Under the pieces are notes generated by a model, which was not told the DNA's origin, did not search any database, and saw only the letters and a program-made list of their open reading frames with translations. This document shows positions 49,101-59,913 of a DNA stretch of 64,000 bases, one piece after another. Each line of letters begins with the position of its first letter. Position 1 is the stretch's first letter. This stretch comes from Raillietiella orientalis (taxonomy: Eukaryota), in the NCBI GenBank assembly GCA_036172245.1, contig JAYWIR010000018.1:1178001-1242000 (forward strand), written 5' to 3'. Made by a program: the position numbers and the translations under genes.

Positions 49101-52100
49101 CTTGAAATTCGAGAATAGGTCGAGGTCATTTCGGCCTCAGCCTATTCTCTTTTGGGAAGCCTCCTGTGCTGCGGCGAGGGCGCCGGGAACATGGGGTGGC
49201 CTTGTCCCCGTCCCTTAAGGAACCCGGCGCACTCCGAGAGCCTGGAGACAGAGTCGTACGGCTACTCCCCCTTTCCCCACTCCGATAGTCAAGGTCGACT
49301 CCCTTCCTGACTAGGACGGACGTCGACTGACCACTTCCGTAACAGCCCTGGCAAGACCCGCACGGGAACGGACAAAACTTTCCGGAACCTCAAAGGACCT
49401 GCGGGGATCACATAGGGACCAGAGGTCCTTCGCAGCAGGACTCTAAGGCAAACCTCCCCACCCATCCACTCCCAGCGCGCTTTTTAGAGGTCGCATCCAA
49501 ACCAACCACGTGCTCAGAAGTGGCTTCCCCGTTCCAGGAAGTCCCAAGCACAGGATCCCATCGGGAAAGGGAAGAAAGAAGAGAGAGAAAATAGGATGAG
49601 AGAGGAGGAGGAAAGCAGGAGCGAGCGGGTGGTCGGGGCTGGTGATGGCACCGCCACCACGCAGCGACGCTTCTTTGACCGCCCACGGCGCGCGCCTAGT
49701 CAGCTCCCGAATTCCCGGACGTGCGCGCATCAAAGGAAGCGCTGCGGACCGTCCCGCTTGGAATCCTGGGGATCCTGTGCTCGCAGCCGCGACCACCGAG
49801 AGAAGGGTACGGCCACCCTGGCCGCTAGCCGCTGACCCCCAGACGAGATGCGAACCGCCCCCCCCCCCACCTCCTCGAGGGATACCACTGGGGCCTAGAG
49901 GGCGCGTTAGCAAGACGCGCGCGCCTCTCGAGGAGTGGGAGTTCGAAACGTAAGGGGATAGGGGAGGTGAAGAACAAAAACGTAGACCTATTCCGGCCGA
50001 CGGAGCCACCCAGCCTGTCGCCGACTTCCGGATAAACTCCCGCTGCCAGGAAACCACCGCGCCGTGGATCCGGCGAGACCGCTCCTTCCTTATCGCTCAC
50101 TGGGACGCAATGCAGGGCTATCCGGGAGGGCTACCCGGGGGCGACTCGCTTCCTCCGCCGCAAGGGGGAGCCACCACTCGGACTGCTGCAACCGTGGAGA
50201 ACCCGGGGAGAGACAGAAGGAAGATCCCAGCCGCCAGCCCACGGACGGCTGCCGCAGCCGGGAAGCGGAAACGGCAGTGGCTAGAGGCGTCTCTGAGCTC
50301 CCTAGAGTCCAAGGGGTCCGCGGGAGGCCGTCGCACTCGCCCTGCGCGTGCGCGCAGCCGTCAAACACGATGTTGCCTCCTCTTCTCTTCCTTTCTTTCT
50401 TCTCCCTTTTCCCCTTAGCGGCCGCAGCGTGCCTACAGAGCGCCACACCGGCGAGCGGTGACCTTGTCCTGGGCAACGCCGTTCGCGTTCGTGCGCTCCG
50501 GCAACCCGCCGTGCCGGGTCTCCAATCTCAGCTCGAAGCCTACCCCACCCCAGCTTTCTCCTTCCCTTCCACTGCTCTCAGAGTAAGCGCCGACGACTCA
50601 CCACGTGGAACCAGCGCCGACGCGCGCGGCGTGTCGCTCCCAAAATCACTCCCATCTCCTCCGATCATCGAGGATTCTTCGAAGTACCTTTCCAGAAACC
50701 CTCGCCCCTTGGGGCGGGTCTCACCCCAGCTTCGGCAGGAGCGAAAGGAAGCAGATATTATTAGAAGAATGGGGAAACGACCTACGGGCGCGCCTCTCAG
50801 ATCGTTACGCCTACGTCCCGGATTTTCCTGACTTAGGAGTCTGGCAGGACGGATAGCCCTGCCACGGTATTCGCGCCGGATGGAGCGCGACGGAGCAGCA
50901 GCAGCAGTCGTCGAGGAAGACGCCTGATGGGCCGCGCACCGCCTGGAACCGTTTCCATGGAGACCGCGCGTCTCCACGATCGGTCCCGATCCCCCCCTGC
51001 CGGGCCACTCGCAAGGGACCGCACGCGTCCCGTTTGGCACCTCCTACGGCGCAGAACGACCCGTTTCGACCTCGTTCCCAGAACCTCGGGAGTCAAAAGC
51101 CAAGCAGCCCCGGGTCGTGTCCGTCCCCTGCCTTGAGACGCGAGTCCCACGCAGTGGCCGATGTGCCGCGGATGCACCCGGTCCCGGAAAGCGAGACGGG
51201 AGGAGGACGCCGCGAGTGTGCCTCACTTCACTTCCGCGGAGTAGAGGCGGAAAGATCAGAAGGTTCCCTCCGGGAGAGCATCCCTCCCGCGGGAGTCGTC
51301 GTCTCGAGGCGGCTGCAACGCAGACGAGCAGATCCCCGTGCAAAGTTCACGTGTGCGGGCGCTGCTGAAAAGATCCCGGCCGGAGAGGCAGGAAGAGAAG
51401 GGCAGGGAGGGGTGTGCGTGCCTCTTTCTCGGGATACACGGGACCGCGGGTTTGCGGCCTGCACGCACACCTGCGTGGCGAAGCCAAGAGGAAGAGAGCG
51501 ACTGCTCCCCTAAGACGGCGGGAAAGGGGGGGGGGGACCACTCCTTCCCTCCTTTGTTTACTCCGCTCTTCAGTTTTAGCGCCTCCCCGTTCCGTGCTCT
51601 ACGCAGGCTCCTCGCTGCTGAACGGTGGTGGGGCGAGCGAAACGCGAAACCGCACGGCGAAACTCGAAGCCGAGGAGAGAGCGCACGCGCTCCCTTTCCC
51701 GCGCTCGCGGAAATCCTGAGCGGCAGCAGCGCCTTCGCACGGGAAGCGAGCGTCGTCGGTTGAGGAACTCGGAGAGCTGATGGGCTAATGGTACTTCCTC
51801 CGCAGCCCGTACTGTAATTTGGCCTGCAATCTGTCTGCCTCCGCGCCCATCTGGAGCGCCCGTTTATTGTCGTTTCTGAATTTATAGCTTTCGACAAAGA
51901 CGCATCGTGAGAAAGTCGGATTCGAACACGGTCTTGACGACGGCGTGCGAAGCAGACCTAGGCGCCCGCGCGTGGGTCCGTCTCTTCTCGGGTTGACCAC
52001 GGGTTAATCGAAGGCATCTCTCCCCAACTCCCTGTTCGCTCCCCAGTTCCCACCGCGCAGCCGCGCGCGCCACGTCCAGAAGGAGGTTTGCACACCCAGG

Positions 52101-53599
52101 CTGAAGGACAGGGTCGCAGCCCCACGGGCAGCGAAACCCGAAGCGATGATGGGTGCCTTCGAGTCTGCGGTGCGCGCGGAGATCCACCGTCTCCACGGCG
52201 CTCGTCCCCAGCCGGTTCGCGCGGGCAGACTGCCGCGGCAACGACCCGGTCGATGCTCGCGCGCACGCCCAACGCTCTCCACCGTCGCCGCCGCCATCCC
52301 GCATCCTTCCCGCCCGAGCGCCACAAAAGGGGATCGGAAGTGCACAGCGGCAGTCAAACCGCGCGCGGGGCACTCGCCCGCCCACGCACTCCCATCTCGG
52401 CAGTCCCGCCGCTCGTCATGGGTCACTCCAGACAGCGCGCGCGCTCAACACGTCCCGGGAAACGGGTGCAGCGGCGACGGAGATTACCTCCCCGCGTTCT
52501 GGAGCCGTCCTTCAGCCCGGTAGGGCAAAGCGCAGGGGAGGCGGGTGCCACTGCGGCAGACGCAGGGAACCAGCCCGACTCTTTCCGTGGGACGACTTAG
52601 CGCGCGCGCCGTCACGCGACCTCCCAGAATCGAAGGTCGTGAGGTGTCCCCTGAGGAGCCTTCCAGGAGCCACGCGCGCTCCAAGGAGCACCGCAAGGGC
52701 CGGAAGCGCGGCCCATCCGATAAGTTCCTTATGAGGTCCTCGGGAAGAGGAGCAGCAGGTGGGAAGGTCGCGCATAAGAGCGGCGGTGCTCCCCAGGCGG
52801 TCCTTCACCAAAGAGAAACCCGACTTGCGACACGGCACCATCCCCCGATCAGGGATGCCGTTCATCTCGAGTGCCGTCGGAGCACCCGGCGGTGCGAGCG
52901 TAGGACGACCTCTGCCCGGTTTCAGCGCGCCCCTTCTGCTGCAGAGGTCGCTGCCGAAAGGTTTCAGCAGCAACCGACGCCACAGTTCGGCTGCACGCGC
53001 GAACGTTCCGCGACGCCCTTGACCACCCGTCCACTTTTTAGAGTGGACCAGCATGCAGATGGACCGGCAGAGCAGGAGAGGCCCTGGAACTCTGCGAGGC
53101 GGACGGCGACTCCCTGAGGGAGCTCACTGACCCACTCGGGACGCCCGCGGTAGCAGGTGCGTCTGTGTCGGATCTCCGCGGACGAAGCTGCCACACAACC
53201 ACTCTCGTGGTCACCAGGTCAGCCGGGGTTGCGATCAGGGAACGTCTTTGCAATCGACCCCCAGCTGCCGTCCAGCGCGGAGCTCTGCAGAGAAGCCACG
53301 CTCAAGTTACGCGGACCGCTTCCGAAAGAGAACTGGGAAGCGACCCCTCCATTAGGCTTTCCGGCTGCCTCCCTGCACCCCGCCCCGAGTTGTAGGCGAG
53401 AGTGACCACGGAAGACCTGCGGAAGGGTGCACGAGAAATGCGGAAGCGGGTGGCGTGCTCGGCTTCTCCGTCACGCGAGCCCTCGGGCAGCTCTCCGGCT
53501 CTCCTGGGAGCTTCCCGCCCTCCGCTTCACCTGCGATCTTCCGGCTGCACGCCCACGCGGCCCGGTGTTTAGGGGCAAACCTTGGTGCCTTCAGCCGGG

Positions 53600-54050
53600 G
53601 GGGCGCGCGGCCGGTGGGTGGCGATTTCGCCCTGCCCGCGGTCTGTGACATCCGGCGGTCCAGCGCGGATCGACAGAATTCATGAGGCCCGCAGGGGGTG
53701 GTGCTTCTTGCCCGGCGCCACCCCTGCTGCGCCGGGCCAACACGTACGCGCCGCCACGCCATTTCTGCATACGGAATGAGAAGGAGGAGCGTGGAGACGC
53801 CTTTCCAGTCGCGCATGCGGGAGTGGGGTTGCCGCGCGCCGTTCCTTCGGCTGGAAGCGCCGGAGGGCGTGCTGCGCTCGGAGCGGTTGAGCAAAAAGCC
53901 TGGGCTTCCTCCCTTTTCCCGACCCACTCTGCCAGGGAGGGTTCTCATCGTGGGGGGAGCGCACCGACAGCTTCCACGCAGAAACCACCTCAGAGGTCAC
54001 CATGCCATCTGCTGCTGAAGCAAGCGACCTCCTGATCTCGCCCCGAGAGA
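53600..54050 (-). mobile_element. Degenerate non-LTR RT fragment (approximately domains 0-2)
   Basis: EIRRSLASAADG and RDWKGVSTLLL..VGPAQQGWRRARSTT resemble the SAPGxDG, WRPISLL and QxGF..ST motifs. Confidence 0.4.
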
Positions 54051-55490
54051 CTGCGCTGTCACAATAGGGTGGACGTACGCTGCCCATTCGAAAACACACC
54101 ACCGGCCCTCGAAGGGGGGAGGAGTCCGCAGGTGGTCGACGTCGTCATGCTCAGATCCCGGAATCCCAAGGACGTCCCGAGAGAGCCGGAAATTCCCGAG
54201 CTTCTGGACCAGCGTAGGAAGACGGCATAGTTGTTCGGAGCTCCGTTACATCCAGTATATCAGCCGGGAGCATCGGCTAGGGAGCCCTCCGAAGAAGCAA
54301 GCACAGGGGGACCGCACGTCCTCGGCCCCTCACCCTGCCGAAATCCAAACCAGAGCGCTCGGAGGCACAGAGATGGCGCCACCACAGTCGAGATCCGGGC
54401 TTCTGCAGCTTCCGGCCGCGGAGATGAGTCCACCCCCTCGTCCCGACATTCCCTCCTGCGCCCGCACGTGCGTGCAGGTACGCCTGGCCGACCGTGGCCG
54501 ACCACGACGAAGCCGCATGGATCGAAAAAAATGGCGGAAGCCGCAGAAAAATCCCCCATCCCACCCTCCAGTGTTTCAGCGCGTAATCCCGAATCCTTTT
54601 AACTGGAGCAGGAGTCTCCGAAGCTGGCGAGCCACCATCTCCCCGCCGCCCACACACGGATGCATCCACCTGAATCGCTCGCTTGCATCCTGGCTGCAGC
54701 CGACTTCTCCTCCCACCCACGTCGCGAAGCGAGGTCCCCCATTTCCGAGTCCTTACTCCTCACCCCACCTCCTCCTACCCCCTCGCAGCCTCCACCTCAC
54801 TTCACCCCTGACGCTGCCCGAAAAGTCTTCGCTTTTCCCGTTTTCGCTCGTTTCCCTTTTATTCCCCCCCTCCCCAACGGGGCGCCGAGCCGGGAGAACG
54901 TCCCGGAAGGATGCGGAGGTCGCCACCGGTAGTCTTGATGCCCTTCCCGCCGGACGAGCCGAGGACGCCGCTCTCCGATCCCTCAAGGCGGGTCACGCCG
55001 AAGACGCTCAACCGGAATGCCGCGCCTGGCGAAGTGGAGACCCGGTGGCACTTCGACTCCGATGAAGACGCCTTCTCCCTGACCCGTTTATAGGTCACCC
55101 TTGGCAGCGCCACCCCTGTGGACAGGGTGGCGCTGCCGACAGAGAAACCGAACGCTGGAGGAGGAGCACCCTCGTACCGCGGATGCCCCGAGGGCACTCC
55201 GGACGGAGACTGAGGTCGGGCCCTGGAACGACCTCGTCGCGCATTTCCGCGAGGTGACGAAGCGACGCGCGTGGTGGCCACCCTCTGCCATGGCCTCCTC
55301 CTGTCTTCCGCTGCGGCGGCGGCACCCAGAGAGACGGCTGGGAACGGTGCATCGGTCGTGCAGCGGGGCAGCGCGGTGGGCTCAGCACGCAGGCTGCCGC
55401 TGGCCTCTACCGGTTCGGAGCGGCGAGAGGATCTTCCCGTCGTCCCGGTTACCGGTTGCATGCAGGCAAGGGGGGGTACCTGATTCGCCC

Positions 55491-57624
55491 TGCTTCGTCC
55501 CTGGAGTCCCGGACGAAGAAAGGGGACGCGAGTCTTAGGGTGTTCCCTTCTTCCGAGAGAGCGCCCCGCGCTTCCCCTCCCTCCTGCGTCCGTGCCTCTG
55601 CGCATTCCCGGGAGGAAGTCGGGCCTCCTCCCTTTGCGTCCTTCCCGTCATCCTGGACGCCGTTGCGGATCCTAACGGTGCGGGGGGAGCCAAGGCGCAT
55701 GGGCAGCAGGCGCGATGCCATCCCGCCGGCCGCGACCGGTGACGACTAAAACGTTCGGCTCCGCCAGCAGCAGTAGCCCCACCAGCGCTTGCGCGTGGCA
55801 CCCCGCACTCTGTCCCCCGTAGCAACCGGGAGCCGCCTCCGCAAAAGGCTGGTTTCTCCTCCCTTCTTTCCTTTTTTTCTTTACTGCAGCGGCCCACAAG
55901 CAGCGGGAGGTTCTGGCAACCAGGCTACTTCGTCCAGCTCCACGCCCGCTGGAACCGACCCGGGGAAGACGCGGCGCGCTGGATGCCAGGACTCGCGACC
56001 GGAAACGTAAGGCTGTCACAGGGCTTTCCCAGCCCGAATCGAAAGCTGAGGCGGGGAGCTGCGCTTCGACACCTCCTCCTCGCGCGGGAACAGGGAAGGT
56101 CACATGCGCGCGCTCCATGGCAACGGCCGCTCAGTACCTCAAACGAGGAAAAAAGAAGCCTTCCGGAGAGACGACCCCCGCGCGTCCACCTGTGCGCCCT
56201 CCCACAGGAGGAGGGGGAGGTGGTCACGAACGCGCTCCCGGTCAAGGGGGAATCCGCCTGGTCCCAAAGGGGGGAATGCAGGCCGATCAATCTTCGCCGG
56301 AGAAGGGGCGAGCGAGGAACTCAGGAAGACGAGACCTGACATCAAGGATCGATGTGAGGGGAGGAGGGCACTTCCGAAATAGGTGATGGGGGAAGGCAGC
56401 TGCGAGGGCGAACTTCCCGTCGACGGGGAGAAAATGAGGGGAAGAGGACGGAAGCGCTGTCCTGGGAACCCCGATCATCTCGGGAGTTTCCTCCTTCCTT
56501 TGCCCCCCCCCCTTCCCCCCCGCTCCACTCCGGACTGGTCGGAATTCACAAAGGCCGATCGTGGCGCCGTTGCAGCGCGGTGGCGGCGGTCCCAAGCTGC
56601 CCGGTGCCGCGACGACGGCTAGCCACACGTTCAAGTGAAACCACTAACCCCACCCCACCCCACCCTCTTCCTCCTTCGCCTCATGCCTCAGCGGGGCGAC
56701 GGAAGCGGTCGTTCGCAAAGGAACCTCCCCCCATAGCAGGTGCAGAGACCCTCCTTCTATCCCACTCCACCCCATTTCACCCCCCTCCCTCTCCCCTCTC
56801 TCTTTCTCTCCCTTCGCCGGCTTTCCACCGCGCAGCCTTCCCGCGATCACCGGCCTTGCGGATACGCATCCTACACAGTCGCGCTTCCACGACCCGGGGA
56901 GCCCCCACGAAGGGACGGCCCTCCTCCCTGCGGACGGTGATCCCGTGAACGAAGGTCCAGGAAGCCCGAAAACTCCCTTTCGCCCGTCGCCGAGGAAACG
57001 CGATGCCGGCCGGCCGGAAGGCAGTAGCAAGAAGGAGGAAGGAAGGACTCGCCCGCCAAGCTGGGTGGTTCCCGGAAGGTCGCCCCAGGGGGGTCAGCTC
57101 CCACGACCGCCCTCGTCTCTTTGGCCCCTCACCGGTACGGAAGTCGTCTGACCCGAGGGATTCCGGGGGAAGACCACTGCGTCGGTCGTCCCCACTTCCG
57201 CCTCGACCGCTTGGGTTATGAACGACCCATCCCCCTCTTACGCACACCCCCTCACAAAGAGGGACCATCGAGGGAGCAGTCGGGAGACAGGAAGGAAGAG
57301 AACGCCCACCTGCTTTCGGGTGGACCCCGTCCTTTGCCGGAGAAGTCCATTGCTCTCGCGCCACCCGTTGCTAGGGGCGCAGGAACCCCGTCCCGGAGCG
57401 GGCACAGGAAGGGAAGGTCATCGACTGCCCAAGGGCAGCACCAGGAGTGGCGAAGTGCGCGAAACGGGGGGATCCAGGAAAGGAGGAATGGATGGGAAAC
57501 GAAAGACGACACTCCTCCTACGAGCGCGTGCTTCGCCCCTGGATTCCCGGACGAAGGAAGGGGACGCGAGTCTTAGGGTGTTCCCTTCTTCCGGGAGAGC
57601 GCCCCGCGCTTCCCCTCCCTCCTG
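55491..57624 (+). repeat. Pair of ~96-bp direct repeats (55491-55586 and 57529-57624)
   Basis: tgcttcg(t/c)ccctgga(g/t)tcccggacgaag..cgcgagtcttagggtgttcccttcttccg..gcgccccgcgcttcccctccctcctg occurs twice with a few substitutions. Confidence 0.9.
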
Positions 57625-59101
57625 TCGCATCCGGCACGCTGACCGAGACAGAGAGAGACTCCTCGCCCGGACCACGCATGCGCGGCACACGCCGCTCCGT
57701 CGGTCTGCAAACTCCGAGCGGGGTCATCTGCGCGGCGAGGGTTCAACACTGCCCTCCCTTCTTTGCAGCGCGTTCCGTTCTTCCAGACCCGGGAACCCCC
57801 GAGGAACTTCTGTTTTCACTCCTCCTCCCTACGGGGAGAGGAAGGGCGCGACCCCCAGAGCCCTGAGGAGGGCGATCTCTTCGTGGAAGGCCGGAGCGCT
57901 TTCGCTGCGCCACGCGCGCTCGGAACGGAGATGGCCCGTCGCTCAAGTCACGCGCCCCCCATCGGCAAGGACCACCCGGAAACCGCGGGCGCGGAACGGT
58001 CCAAAACGCTGCCTGTACCCATCCACCCACGTCCTCCGGTCCATACCGTCTCCAGGACCGATCCCGCGTGCGGCAGCAGTGCCGGCGGCCTGCACCTTCC
58101 TTCCTCCTCGACGCAAGAGGACCACGGAACGCGCTACGATGCCGCAGGCACGAGAGGTGGCAGCACCATGACAAGACGCCACGCAGCACGCGGAACGTTT
58201 TCCGTCGCGCCATCCATGCCGCCGGCACATGCCGTGTTGACGTGAACAACCGCATGTAACGCCCAACATGCTACTTACTGCTCGAAAGAAAGAAAGAAAG
58301 GCACGCATACGCACACAGCACGACAACGTGACCTCGATCGCCGGGTAATCTCCAGGTCATGGGTGATACCCATGAACAAATGATACAAGCGGGAGCGCTC
58401 AGCTCTCCGAAGCCCTGTTGACAAAGAGGGGGCTGCGGAACGGAGGCGCATGCGCGACCAGCGGCCTGCCTGCATGCCGCGCGCGGCCCTTCAAACCCCC
58501 AGCCGGGAAAGAAGCTGCACGCTTCAGCACTGCTCTGAGTGCACTGTCTTCACACGCATGCACGCACGTCTGTAGCGTACCGCTCGTGTTCACCTACACT
58601 GTACAAACGTGCATGGTACAGCATCCGCGCACATACGGTACGGCAGACACGTAAGTAATGCGCAGTATGCACGCATCTTGTCGTCGTATCCATGCGTCAC
58701 GGAGTGGCCGAAGGATTTTCGTTTATTTTTAGGCAAAATCAGCGCTGTCATTGTTCTGCGCTGGTGGACTCGCAGAAACGCCCATAGCAACGCCGGAGCG
58801 CGGATGCTGTTTGCCGTCGTTCCGCTCTCGTTTGCAAAGAGGAAACGTTTCCGTGAACGACGCCGTTGAAAAGTTGAAGACTCGGACGCGACAACCTTCA
58901 TCCCGCTTCATCCCACTTTCAAGTCAGGAACCTCACGCGTTACGGAAACGGGATCCGGGGATGGGGGCGGAGGAGGAGCATCATCATCATCACCGAACAG
59001 CCAGCGAGTCGGCTCGCTCCGCGGCTGGACTCGATACGTGGAAGCGCGCCGGTGATGCCGGACACGTCACTTCGCTTCCCCCATCCGACCCCCTTCCCGA
59101 G

Positions 59102-59179
59102 TTGTATAGACTGTACAATGTGATTAAGAAAGTAAATCTGTCCTTGCGGAGCCTCTGCTTGCTCCCAGTCCGGAGGCAA
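59102..59179 (-). pseudogene. Isolated Yorkie/YAP-type WW-domain fragment
   Basis: LPPDWEQAEAPQGQIYFLNHIVQSIQ matches the LPxGWEQAxTxxGQIYxLNH pattern of Yki/YAP WW1. The second Trp/Pro (WEDP) is absent, there is no good splice acceptor, and it is an AT-rich island in GC-rich flanks. Confidence 0.65.
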
Positions 59180-59913
59180 GCCTCGCTTCTTTTTCAAGAT
59201 GGCCGCTCGCGCAGACGCAGCGAACCGCTCCAAACCGCGGTTCGCGTCACGTGCCATTAGGACGCTTGCGGCCGATTCCCATGCGGTGCTCGCTAAGAAA
59301 AATGACGGTGCATTCCCTGCTCTCGAGCCACAAATAACATCCAAGATTTAAAGGACCGCTAATAACTGCTTGACCTTAGCAGCAATAATCACGCAGACGA
59401 CGCCAAAATACACACACGCGCGCGCACAAAAGAGGGGAAGAATAAAAAACAAAACAAAACAAAAAACAGAAGGAACAGAAATCAAGAACGGAAAAGAAGT
59501 GCAATCAGCGTGGAATTCTGAAGAGTTTCAACACCGTTCCGCCTTAACGAGCGCGGAAATCCCTGACATCAGGAGCACGGTGATAAGGGAGGCTGTTCTC
59601 GGCTGACGTTCTTAATGATGGCAGCATCCACTTCGATTAGAGACGGTGAGCCTCACCGCGCCCGCTTGGCTCCCGGCCCGGCGATGCAACCAGAGGAAGA
59701 AACCGCGCGACAAACTGGGACCCGCTCAGAAGGACACGCTGCCCTGCGGCACGGAGACGCACGGAGCCTCCACGGACGCTTCCGCAAAGTGCTGTCCGTC
59801 CCGACAGATCCCGCGCCTCCCGCACCTCCTCGGACCCAGGCGCGGCTAGCCGCGAACCCCAGGAGGAAACTTCGAGGGTGAGCAAGCACCCTCCGAAGGG
59901 CTGAGGAACGGGA

